Of a DNA stretch of 40,694 nt, positions 8,511-16,433 are shown piece by piece. The stretch is from Balneolales bacterium (lineage in GTDB: Bacteria > Bacteroidota > Rhodothermia > Balneolales > DATFMH01), in NCBI GenBank assembly GCA_035266485.1, contig DATFNI010000285.1, positions 1 through 40,694 on the forward strand. The letters run 5' to 3'. The translations under genes and the position numbers were made by a program. The notes under the pieces were generated by a model. That model was not told where the DNA came from, made no database searches, and was given only the letters and a program-made list of their open reading frames with translations. Each line of letters begins with the position of its first letter. The first letter of the stretch is position 1.

Positions 8511-8788
8511 AATATTATCTTTCTTTTGCGGTTCAATATGTTGCGGGATTAAAATCTCATTTCGGAAAATAAGCTTTGCACTGCATAAATAGAAGGCAGC
8601 CGGCAGTGATCAGTATCAATAAACAATGTGCCATAATGCCTTCGGCACTATAAACACGGTATCGGGAGAAGCAATTCACTAATTTAAGGAACCCGTACCG
8701 GCAAACGGTTCGTTTACAACATCTCCTCCTTATTCTTGTTTATTTTAGATAAATTACAGGTTATCGAATTATCATTTATTGCGTATTT

Positions 8789-9952
8789 ATGAACGATCGT
8801 ACCATTTATCTCGATCATGCTGCCACGACTCCGGTTGACCCGAGAGTTTTGGAAAGCATGCTGCCTTATTTTACCGGTCATTATGGAAATGCCTCATCCA
8901 TTCACGAGTTGGGACGCGAAGCGAATGTGGCTGTGGAAGAAGCGCGTCAAAAGGTAGCCAGTGCGATTGGAGCCGAACCGAAAGAAATCGTATTCACCAG
9001 TGGCGGGACAGAAAGTAACAATGCTGCACTCAGAGGGTCCGTCGAAGCAACCGGGAAAAGCAGGGTTGTAACCTCTAACGCTGAACATCACGCAGTGCTT
9101 CATGCTGCTGAACATCTGTCTCAAGCAGGTGCTGAACTGACTATTCTGCCAGTGGAAACAGATGCGAAAATCACTCCAGACCACCTTTCCGAGGCCGTTG
9201 ATCAGGATACCGCAATCGTCAGTCTGATGTACGTAAATAATGAGGTCGGTGCTATCAATCCAATTTCTCAATTAGCCGATGTCTGTCATGAACGTGATGT
9301 TCTGTTCCACTCGGACACCGTACAGGCTCTTGGCAAGATTCCTGTAAATGTGGATGATCTTGGAGTCGATTTTCTGAGCATGAGTGCGCACAAGTTTTAT
9401 GGTCCCAAGGGAGTCGGTGCACTCTATATCCGCAACGGAACCAACTGGAAGCCATGGATGATCGGCGGATCACAGGAACGCAAACGACGCGGTGGAACAC
9501 TGAATGTACCGGGTATCGTGGGATTGGGCCGGGCACTGGAATTAGCCGTAGATGAGATGGAACAGAACACGAAGCATATCCATCATCTGCAACAGCAACT
9601 CTATCGTGGTATTGTCGAAAAATTCCCGGGCTTGATCCATCTCAATAGTGATCCGATAAACGGTATGTATAACATCGTGAATATTTCGATCGATGCGGGA
9701 CCCGACAGGGCAATTGACGGAGAAATGCTTTTGCTGAACCTCGATATCGAGGGCATAGCATGTTCTAACGGATCAGCCTGTTCGTCCGGTGCTGTCGAAC
9801 CTTCGCATGTACTGAAAGCGATTGGGCTGGATCCTAAAGTTGCCGGTGCCAGTCTTCGTTTCAGCCTGGGCAAGGATAATACTGAAGAAGACATCACCTA
9901 CACCCTCGATCGACTTGAGGCGATTCTGGATCGCATGCTCAAAACCACATGA
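8789..9952 (+). CDS. Cysteine desulfurase, class V aminotransferase (NifS/IscS type)
   Basis: 387 aa with IYLDHAATTP, the PLP-lysine motif SMSAHKFYGPKGVGALY and the active-site loop SNGSACSSG. Confidence 0.9.
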   Translation: MNDRTIYLDHAATTPVDPRVLESMLPYFTGHYGNASSIHELGREANVAVEEARQKVASAIGAEPKEIVFTSGGTESNNAALRGSVEATGKSRVVTSNAEHHAVLHAAEHLSQAGAELTILPVETDAKITPDHLSEAVDQDTAIVSLMYVNNEVGAINPISQLADVCHERDVLFHSDTVQALGKIPVNVDDLGVDFLSMSAHKFYGPKGVGALYIRNGTNWKPWMIGGSQERKRRGGTLNVPGIVGLGRALELAVDEMEQNTKHIHHLQQQLYRGIVEKFPGLIHLNSDPINGMYNIVNISIDAGPDRAIDGEMLLLNLDIEGIACSNGSACSSGAVEPSHVLKAIGLDPKVAGASLRFSLGKDNTEEDITYTLDRLEAILDRMLKTT

Positions 9953-10776
9953 ATGTAGATCATCTCCTCTCATCCATTCTCAGGGACATCTCTGCCGCTG
10001 CAGGGAAGTCACAGAATCGATCTGCTCAGGAAGAGCTGTCGAATCGCGGGCAATCGGGCAGTTTTTTGAATAAGCTTGTCCAGGAGGAGATCCGGCAAAA
10101 GAATCAATCAGAGCAAAGTGCTTCCGGGCCATCACGGCCAACGCCGCCGAGACAACCGGATCAGCCGACAGCGCCTGCCCGGCCGACACAAATCCGGCAG
10201 ATATATACGTCCCGCGGACAAATTTCCCAGATGAGTTCCTTCCCTATGGGCAAGAAACTGGATTCTGCGCGGCTAATGAAACAGATGGAATCCTCAGATG
10301 CCAACAACAACCCGGATCATTCAATGACGCCGGGTCCCAGGGCAAACGAAGAGGTGATTGCCAGCGCCATTCAGCAGAATTTTCAGTTGATAAAAGATTC
10401 GCTGAAACGGGAAAAAGAGAAGAAAAGACGGAAGAACCGTTTCAAACTTAGCATCAATTGTGCTGCCGAGGAAAAGGCCCTCGAATTACTCGAAATACTT
10501 CTGGAACATGCCGATGACGCCGACGATATTGAGGCCTATTGCAAATGGGCACGTGAGCGCATAAACCAGGCTGAGACACAGGTCGTTGCACGCCGCAAAG
10601 ATGTCCCAGAACAGACCATTCAAAGCTTCAAGATACTTCGCGATGCCATTCTCGCTCTCGAAAATGGCCTGTCACCCGGCTATATATTCAATCGCCTGAA
10701 AGACGAAATTCGACGAAAGAAAAAGCTGCTGGATGATCTCGATAACACGGGAGATTTCCGGGAACCAAGCATCTGA
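9949..10776 (+). CDS. Hypothetical protein: Pro/Gln/Ser-rich disordered N-terminal half, charged helical C-terminal half
   Basis: An 828-nt ORF whose ATG overlaps the desulfurase TGA (ATGA at 9949-9952). I recognise no motif. It contains the low-complexity segment SGPSRPTPPRQPDQPTAPARPTQ followed by a KREKEKKRRKNR cluster. Confidence 0.55.
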   Translation: MNVDHLLSSILRDISAAAGKSQNRSAQEELSNRGQSGSFLNKLVQEEIRQKNQSEQSASGPSRPTPPRQPDQPTAPARPTQIRQIYTSRGQISQMSSFPMGKKLDSARLMKQMESSDANNNPDHSMTPGPRANEEVIASAIQQNFQLIKDSLKREKEKKRRKNRFKLSINCAAEEKALELLEILLEHADDADDIEAYCKWARERINQAETQVVARRKDVPEQTIQSFKILRDAILALENGLSPGYIFNRLKDEIRRKKKLLDDLDNTGDFREPSI

Positions 10777-10815
10777 GGATGTTTATGCACCTGGACCAGC
10801 TCATATACCCGGGCT

Positions 10816-10975
10816 GTCATTCTGAACCTTTAACCACCGTTAGCATTTGAGGAACAGCCACATAGGGCGAAGGATCTCGTAGCATCCGGCAACAATTGAT
10901 GCAGCCGATACGATCGTTTCTTGTTGCGATGCGAGATCCAACTTTTTCGGGCAAGCCGGAAAAATTCAGGATGAC
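10816..10975. repeat. 160-nt imperfect palindromic element between convergent genes (GTCATTC family; possible bidirectional terminator)
   Basis: GTCATTCTGAA (10816-10826) pairs with TTCAGGATGAC (10965-10975, one G-U pair). GGATCTC (10872-10878) pairs with GAGATCC (10933-10939). GCATC (10882-10886) pairs with GATGC (10928-10932). GCAACAA (10889-10895) pairs with TTGTTGC (10921-10927). Confidence 0.55.
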
Positions 10976-11009
10976 ACACCAGTGCGTGGGGATCTGTTAT
11001 CATGAAGAC

Positions 11010-11993
11010 CTATTCCACAAATAATTCCCTGTTTAGCAGTCCTTGTAAAGGTTCACCATTTACGTATCGCCTGATATTCTGGAAGGCATTGTCCAGCCCA
11101 AACTCGAATATTTCCGGAACAATTGAGGAATTATGTGGACAGGCAAGAACATTCTCCAACTCCAGCAAGGGATAATCAAGATGAAATTTACCATGACGGA
11201 ATGGTTCAACCCACCACGATTCAATTCCTGCCTTAAAACCCGGGGTTTCCTTTAATCGTTGGTACAGGGCACCTTGATCGATAATTTCTCCCCGGGCGAT
11301 ATTGATCAGGATGGCATCATCCCTCATCCAGTTCAGTTCTCGTTTTCCTATTAATCCGCGGGTATATTTGTTCAGGGGCAGTGAAAGGACTACTACCGAC
11401 GCATCCTTAAGCACTTTCTGCAAGTCGTCGGTAGTGCCGATAAATTCGACAGGTTCTTCTGTCATTCCACTGGTATTGATGGCATGAATTTTCATTCCAA
11501 TGGCCTGTAGCAGATGAGCCGTCTGCTTGCCAATACCGCCTAACCCAAGAATAACCGCCTTCTTTCCGTGTAATAATGTGGTGCGTCTCATCTGGTTAAA
11601 CTCCCCTTTTCGCATATTGCGATCTTCCTCACGCAGCCTCTTGGCCAGTGCGAGGATCATCCCGAGAGCATGTTCTGCCATTGGAATCGCATACGCCCCC
11701 GCGTTGCCTGCAACAATCAGATCACCGGGCAACAGATCAAACGGGAGATGATCCAGCCCTGCGGAGAGCAGCTGCAGGTATTCTATCTCATCCAGATGCT
11801 TTATTTCCTCTTTCCTTAATTCCCTGCCCAGATTTAGTGACACAACAATATCGGCTTTCTCAAAAGCTTCAGCTCTTTTTTCATCGGGATAATCGATAAG
11901 GTAGATTACATCAACGACTCCCGAAGCCAGTTTTTCAACATAGGCGCGAATCGAATCATTTGCCTTGTAGGTAATCAGAAGAGTTTTACTCAT
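11010..11993 (-). CDS. D-isomer-specific 2-hydroxyacid dehydrogenase family protein (NAD-binding)
   Basis: 327 aa with the Rossmann motif AVILGLGGIGKQTA, and INIARGEIID and PH(N)S elements typical of the glycerate/phosphoglycerate dehydrogenase family. It overlaps the upstream gene by 8 nt. Confidence 0.8.
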   Translation of the reverse strand: MSKTLLITYKANDSIRAYVEKLASGVVDVIYLIDYPDEKRAEAFEKADIVVSLNLGRELRKEEIKHLDEIEYLQLLSAGLDHLPFDLLPGDLIVAGNAGAYAIPMAEHALGMILALAKRLREEDRNMRKGEFNQMRRTTLLHGKKAVILGLGGIGKQTAHLLQAIGMKIHAINTSGMTEEPVEFIGTTDDLQKVLKDASVVVLSLPLNKYTRGLIGKRELNWMRDDAILINIARGEIIDQGALYQRLKETPGFKAGIESWWVEPFRHGKFHLDYPLLELENVLACPHNSSIVPEIFEFGLDNAFQNIRRYVNGEPLQGLLNRELFVE

Positions 11994-12981
11994 TTGATAT
12001 CACATTTGATGTGGTTTTTAAAACAGTGTCTAAATGAATAATCTGTCCAGGATCCACCGTTATGAATTCTTTTTCGTCCAACCCGCTCTCCTTAACAGCC
12101 CGTCGTAATTTGCGAGGTGGTTCATCCATATCCTCATCGGTAAGCTTGAAGGTTCCCCAGTGCATGCCGATGGAAAATTGCGACCGCACATCCTGATGTA
12201 TTTTCACCGCTTCTTCCGGGTTGACATGAACCGCCTTCATAAACCATCGCGGTTTATAGGCACCGATAGGAATTGTTGAAAGACTCATAGGCCCAAGACG
12301 ATCGCCAATCTCCTTAAAATACAGGCAATAACCGGAATCACCGGCAAAATAATAGGAAAAAACTTCGTTCCTGATTACCCATCCACACCACAGCGTGGCA
12401 TTGTGATCCCCCAGTCCCCTGCCACTGAAATGCTGACCTGGCACTGCTATAACATGGTAGTCTCTCCATTGATCCTCATTCCACCAGTCCAATTCGGTTA
12501 TGGATTGTGCGCCCATATCTGTAAACCAGTCCTTCAATCCAAGCGGCACATAAAAATGTGGCTGATTATCATGTTGTTGTTCCAAAAGTTGTTTGATTGT
12601 GCCGGAATCAAGATGATCATAGTGATTATGTGAAACCAGGACCAGATCAATTACCGGCAGGTCTTCAGCCTTAATCGCTGGTGGTGTGTACCTGACGGGA
12701 CCAACCAACGGAAATGGTGACGCTCTCTCGCCTAACATTGGATCTGTTAAAATGTTCACCCCATCGATCTGAAGAAGAAATGCCGAATGTCCCAGCCAGA
12801 TGATCAATGGCTTGGTTCGATTCTCATGGATAAAATCCAGATCGACGGATCGTGGATGCAGGGATATTTTTTTGCCGGGATTGCCACGCCGCTCGCTCAT
12901 CCAACGCCATATATCAGCAAATCCACGGGATTCTGTGGCAAAGGGATTGCGGAAACCGTTCGGGATATGATGCTCATTCAT
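11986..12981 (-). CDS. MBL-fold metallo-hydrolase (NAPE-PLD-like)
   Basis: 331 aa with IIWLGHSAFLLQ...ILTDP and the metal-binding motif VSHNHYDHLD. Length and layout resemble the N-acyl-phosphatidylethanolamine phospholipase D-like bacterial family. Confidence 0.75.
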   Translation of the reverse strand: MNEHHIPNGFRNPFATESRGFADIWRWMSERRGNPGKKISLHPRSVDLDFIHENRTKPLIIWLGHSAFLLQIDGVNILTDPMLGERASPFPLVGPVRYTPPAIKAEDLPVIDLVLVSHNHYDHLDSGTIKQLLEQQHDNQPHFYVPLGLKDWFTDMGAQSITELDWWNEDQWRDYHVIAVPGQHFSGRGLGDHNATLWCGWVIRNEVFSYYFAGDSGYCLYFKEIGDRLGPMSLSTIPIGAYKPRWFMKAVHVNPEEAVKIHQDVRSQFSIGMHWGTFKLTDEDMDEPPRKLRRAVKESGLDEKEFITVDPGQIIHLDTVLKTTSNVISNE

Positions 12982-13098
12982 TGCTTTATATGCTTTTTAA
13001 TACGCAAAGCTAACAGCAATCATATACTCACCGTTCAATCCTGTTATATCACCAATACACAAGTTGGCAAGGAGAAGTTCGCAGTTGGTAAATTCATC

Positions 13099-13190
13099 GT
13101 CATTCAATAGCCATTCAATGGTCAATCAATTGCCGCATTCCGGATTAGATACCATGGAATGACTATAGAATGGCAGCGAAGCTGAATGAC
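13099..13190. repeat. GTCATTC...GAATGAC-bounded intergenic element with internal 11-bp-phased CATTCAAT repeats
   Basis: It starts with GTCATTC (13099-13105) and ends with GAATGAC (13184-13190). The ends are imperfect inverted copies: GTCATTCAATAGCCATTC against the reverse complement GTCATTCAGCTTCGCTGCCATTC. The segment 13174-13190 is an exact inverted copy of 16285-16301. Confidence 0.6.
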
Positions 13191-13259
13191 CCGACGAATT
13201 GATAGAAAGACTCAATCATCGTCTGTTAACCTATTCTCCAACTCCAGATGCACCCATCT

Positions 13260-14144
13260 TTAATCCGAACCAATCCCCGCAGCCATCCGGCTTATTTCAG
13301 CAAGTGCCGACCAGTCATGATCACTCATCCCCTTCGCAATGCCCTGCAGGTAATGATCATGCAGCATGCTTGCAAGCGGCATCGGAACCTGTTGTTCATC
13401 GCCGGCCTGTAGCGCCAGCCTCACATCCTTGAGCCCATGTTTCATTTTGAATCCGCCCGGAATGTATTCGCGATCGGCGATCATGGATCCATAACTTTTA
13501 TAGACCGGCGCGCCAAACAGGGCACTAGTCATGATCTCCAGGAACTCGTGGGAATCCATCCCTGATTTCTCAACGAGGCTGAAGGACTCACCCAGCGTTT
13601 CGATCATGGAAGCGATCATGAAATTGCCGGCAATCTTGATCGTATTGGCCTGTTCCGGACGTTCACCGACCACAGAAACGGCTCTCCCCAGGGAATCCAG
13701 AATCGAGCGAATTTCATCAATCTTTTCTTTATCCCCCGATGCTACGACCCACAGTTTCGCCGCTTCAGCCATATCAGGACGACCAAAAACCGGTGCGGAA
13801 ATCAGGTACTGATTGCGTTCTCTGTGTTTCTGATTAAGATTCCGGATGAAAGACACGCTTGCGGTACTCATCGAGACATGAACGGCCCCTTCTTTCATGC
13901 ATTCCAGAACTCCCTTTTCAAAAAGCACATCCTGAACTGCCGCGTCGTCGCTGAGCATGGTCATGATAAGATCTACAGCAGATGCCAGCTCGCCGGGATC
14001 TTTTTCAACGATAGCGCCCTTATCTTTCAGCGGATCTGCTTTGGATGCTGTCCGGTTGTATACATGCAGTTCATGATCTGTTTTCAACAAATTTGATGCC
14101 ATCGGCAAGCCCATGCTGCCGAGGCCGATAAATCCAATCTTCAT
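13260..14144 (-). CDS. NAD(P)-dependent beta-hydroxyacid dehydrogenase (3-hydroxyisobutyrate / 6-phosphogluconate dehydrogenase family)
   Basis: 294 aa. The N-terminal dinucleotide fold MKIGFIGLGSMGLPMASNL and the length are typical of the HIBADH family. Confidence 0.8.
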   Translation of the reverse strand: MKIGFIGLGSMGLPMASNLLKTDHELHVYNRTASKADPLKDKGAIVEKDPGELASAVDLIMTMLSDDAAVQDVLFEKGVLECMKEGAVHVSMSTASVSFIRNLNQKHRERNQYLISAPVFGRPDMAEAAKLWVVASGDKEKIDEIRSILDSLGRAVSVVGERPEQANTIKIAGNFMIASMIETLGESFSLVEKSGMDSHEFLEIMTSALFGAPVYKSYGSMIADREYIPGGFKMKHGLKDVRLALQAGDEQQVPMPLASMLHDHYLQGIAKGMSDHDWSALAEISRMAAGIGSD

Positions 14145-14159
14145 AATCTTACGTCTTTA

Positions 14160-15179
14160 TTATCCAAAAAGTTCTCTCATTGCCTGATTAATGACCTCCA
14201 GGTCTTTGTCACCTATCTCAATATGAAAAGTAGCCCGGATCGTCTGTGGACCAAACACTGTCATATGAATGTCTCGTTCCGTGAGTTTCTCAATAGCCGA
14301 CCCGGCATCCCCATCCACCACATCAAATAGCACGATATTAGTCTGAACACGGTCAAGATTGATTTGCAACCGGGAACATTCAGCTACGGTGCTTGCAAAT
14401 GAATGCGCTCTCCGGTGATCATCAGCCAGCAGATCATAATGATGTTCGATGGCGTAATCGGCTGCCGCGGCGAGAATTCCGATTTGTCGCATGCCTCCTC
14501 CGAGCATCTTGCGAAACCGATGGGCCTTTTGAATACGATCGCGATCTGAGAGCAACATCGAACCCACCGGGGCACCCAGACCTTTGCTGAAACAAACTGA
14601 GATGGTATCCGCAATCTCTCCGAAGAATGAAAAGGGAATGCCACTCGCTACCGAAGCATTCCATATCCTTGCACCATCCAGATGTATGTAGAAGCCATGT
14701 TTATCTGCCAACTCCCGAACCGCCTTCAATTCTCCTCGTGTGTAGCAAACCCCACCACCTTTGTTCGTTGTGTTTTCAAGGGCTATCACGCGTGTATGAG
14801 GATCCCATTCGTGATAGGGGCGAATGGCCGGTTCTATGACTTCCGGCGTGAGGATACCGTTTCTGCCTTTCACGGGTGACAACTGAATGGAAGATAGCCA
14901 GGCTGCCGATGTAGATTCATAATTGAAAATATGGCCGGTTTCATCGATAATGACTTCATCACCCTCGTTTGTGAGTACATGAAGAGCAAGCTGATTACTC
15001 ATTGTACCACTTGGAACAAACAGGCCGGCTTCCATACCGAACATGGCGGCTACTTTTTCCTGCAGGGCATTCACCGTGGGGTCATCGCCAAAAACATCAT
15101 CTCCAACCTCGGCAACAGCCATTGCTTCGCGCATGGCCCTGGTTGGTTTTGTAATTGTGTCGCTTCGTAAATCTATCAT
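14160..15179 (-). CDS. ltaE: Low-specificity L-threonine aldolase
   Basis: 339 aa with [12 protein letters not shown]...[12 protein letters not shown]...[11 protein letters not shown] and the PLP-lysine region FSKGLGAP. Confidence 0.88.
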   Translation of the reverse strand: MIDLRSDTITKPTRAMREAMAVAEVGDDVFGDDPTVNALQEKVAAMFGMEAGLFVPSGTMSNQLALHVLTNEGDEVIIDETGHIFNYESTSAAWLSSIQLSPVKGRNGILTPEVIEPAIRPYHEWDPHTRVIALENTTNKGGGVCYTRGELKAVRELADKHGFYIHLDGARIWNASVASGIPFSFFGEIADTISVCFSKGLGAPVGSMLLSDRDRIQKAHRFRKMLGGGMRQIGILAAAADYAIEHHYDLLADDHRRAHSFASTVAECSRLQINLDRVQTNIVLFDVVDGDAGSAIEKLTERDIHMTVFGPQTIRATFHIEIGDKDLEVINQAMRELFG

Positions 15180-15181
15180 GA

Positions 15182-15244
15182 TAGTCTTGAGTACAGAGTA
15201 GTGAGTATTGAGATTTTAGACTTTAGATCTTAGACTTTAGATAA
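15182..15244. repeat. Degenerate heptanucleotide tandem repeat (9 units)
   Basis: TAGTCTT GAGTACA GAGTAGT GAGTATT GAGATTT TAGACTT TAGATCT TAGACTT TAGATAA with strict 7-bp register. It lies between the hbd stop and the ltaE start. Confidence 0.8.
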
Positions 15245-15273
15245 ATGATTCCAGGTTTTTAGCTGGTATTTGT

Positions 15274-16125
15274 TTAATGCTTGTAGAATCCTTCGCCTGT
15301 CTTGTCGCCCAGTCTGCCGGCGTTTACCATTTTGACCAGCAAGGGGCATGGCCGGTATTTGGGATCTTTGAAACCGTCGTATAAAACATTCAAAATATCG
15401 AGACAGACGTCAAGACCAATGAAATCCGCAAGGCGCAACGGTCCCATCGGGTGATTCATTCCCAGCTTCATCACGGCATCGACATTTTCTGGCGTCGCTA
15501 CCTGTTCATAGACGCAGTAGGCAGCCTCGTTGATCATGGGCATCAGTACTCGATTTGAAACAAAACCCGGGTAGTCGTTCACTTCCACCGGTTCTTTCCC
15601 AAGAGACTTCGCGCTATCGTGCACTTCCTGGTAGACTTCATTTGAGGTATCCAGCCCCCGAACCACTTCCACCAGCTTCATGACGGGTACCGGATTAAAG
15701 AAATGCATGCCGATGACCTGGCTGGATCTGGATGTCACCGCGGCCAGCTTCGTTATTGATATCGAAGATGTATTTGAAGCCAGAATAGCAGTGGACGGGG
15801 CAGCCTCATCTATTTTCTTGAAGATGTTCGATTTTAAATCCAGATTCTCATTTACCGCCTCAACGACCAGGTCGCGATCCCCGACCCCCTCTTCCAGTTT
15901 CAGATTGACCGAGATTCGGCTTAGGGTTGATTTCTTGTCCGCTTCGGTAATCTTCTCCTTTGTCACCATCCTGCTCAGATTTTTATCGATCGTTGCCAGG
16001 GCCTTGTCCGCAAATTCCTGCTTTACTTCAATGAGTGTAACATTATATCCATTTTGAGCGAAGACATGCACAATCCCATTACCCATTGTACCACCGCCAA
16101 TTACGGCTACGTTCCTGATCTTCAT
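15274..16125 (-). CDS. hbd: 3-hydroxybutyryl-CoA dehydrogenase
   Basis: NAD fold VAVIGGGTMGNGIVHVFAQNGY, plus NTSS and HFFNPVPVMKLVE motifs. I prefer ATG at 16125, which is preceded by GGGAGA (SD-like), over the upstream TTG at 16137 used by the ORF track. Confidence 0.88.
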   Translation of the reverse strand: MKIRNVAVIGGGTMGNGIVHVFAQNGYNVTLIEVKQEFADKALATIDKNLSRMVTKEKITEADKKSTLSRISVNLKLEEGVGDRDLVVEAVNENLDLKSNIFKKIDEAAPSTAILASNTSSISITKLAAVTSRSSQVIGMHFFNPVPVMKLVEVVRGLDTSNEVYQEVHDSAKSLGKEPVEVNDYPGFVSNRVLMPMINEAAYCVYEQVATPENVDAVMKLGMNHPMGPLRLADFIGLDVCLDILNVLYDGFKDPKYRPCPLLVKMVNAGRLGDKTGEGFYKH

Positions 16126-16186
16126 AGTTTCTCCCAAAAATCGCTTTTCATAATGTATAACCTTTTACAGGGCAATATAATAGTTA

Positions 16187-16220
16187 GGGAATTAGGAATG
16201 TAGGGAATGTGGGAATAAGG
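16187..16220. repeat. GGAAT-rich short-period repeat (7-9 bp register)
   Basis: GGGAATT AGGAATG TAGGGAATG TGGGAAT AAGG. The 19-mer 16202-16220 matches the reverse complement of 16432-16450 at 16 of 19 positions. Confidence 0.6.
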
Positions 16221-16284
16221 TCGTGAGTTGCCAGTTCCAGGTTGAGGTTGACATCCCTCAAAAAAAATACAGGGGATAATCATA

Positions 16285-16301
16285 GTCATTCAGCTTCGCT
16301 G
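16285..16301. repeat. GTCATTCAGCTTCGCTG unit, exact inverted copy of 13174-13190
   Basis: A 17-nt exact reverse-complement match read directly from the sequence. Both copies lie in intergenic spacers. Confidence 0.7.
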
Positions 16302-16433
16302 TCACTCAGTAGTCGTTCAATTGTTATTCCGTTGTTTTATGCAACAATCACAAAGACAAAGAGGTGTGGTCATTAGTCCGCAACCGGTCGTTGGCAATCC
16401 CGGAACCCTCTCATTCACCAATTCCCATACTCC

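Noticed and set aside
15182-15244. Heptad arrays and the AACAGTA array (38867-38920) considered as CRISPR-like or minisatellite arrays
   Set aside because: The units are 7 bp with no unique spacers, and no cas genes are present. They are simple tandem repeats, not CRISPR.
16126-16137. Upstream TTG start for hbd given by the ORF track
   Set aside because: These 12 nt contain GGGAGA at SD distance from ATG 16125, and the conserved NAD fold begins immediately after that ATG.
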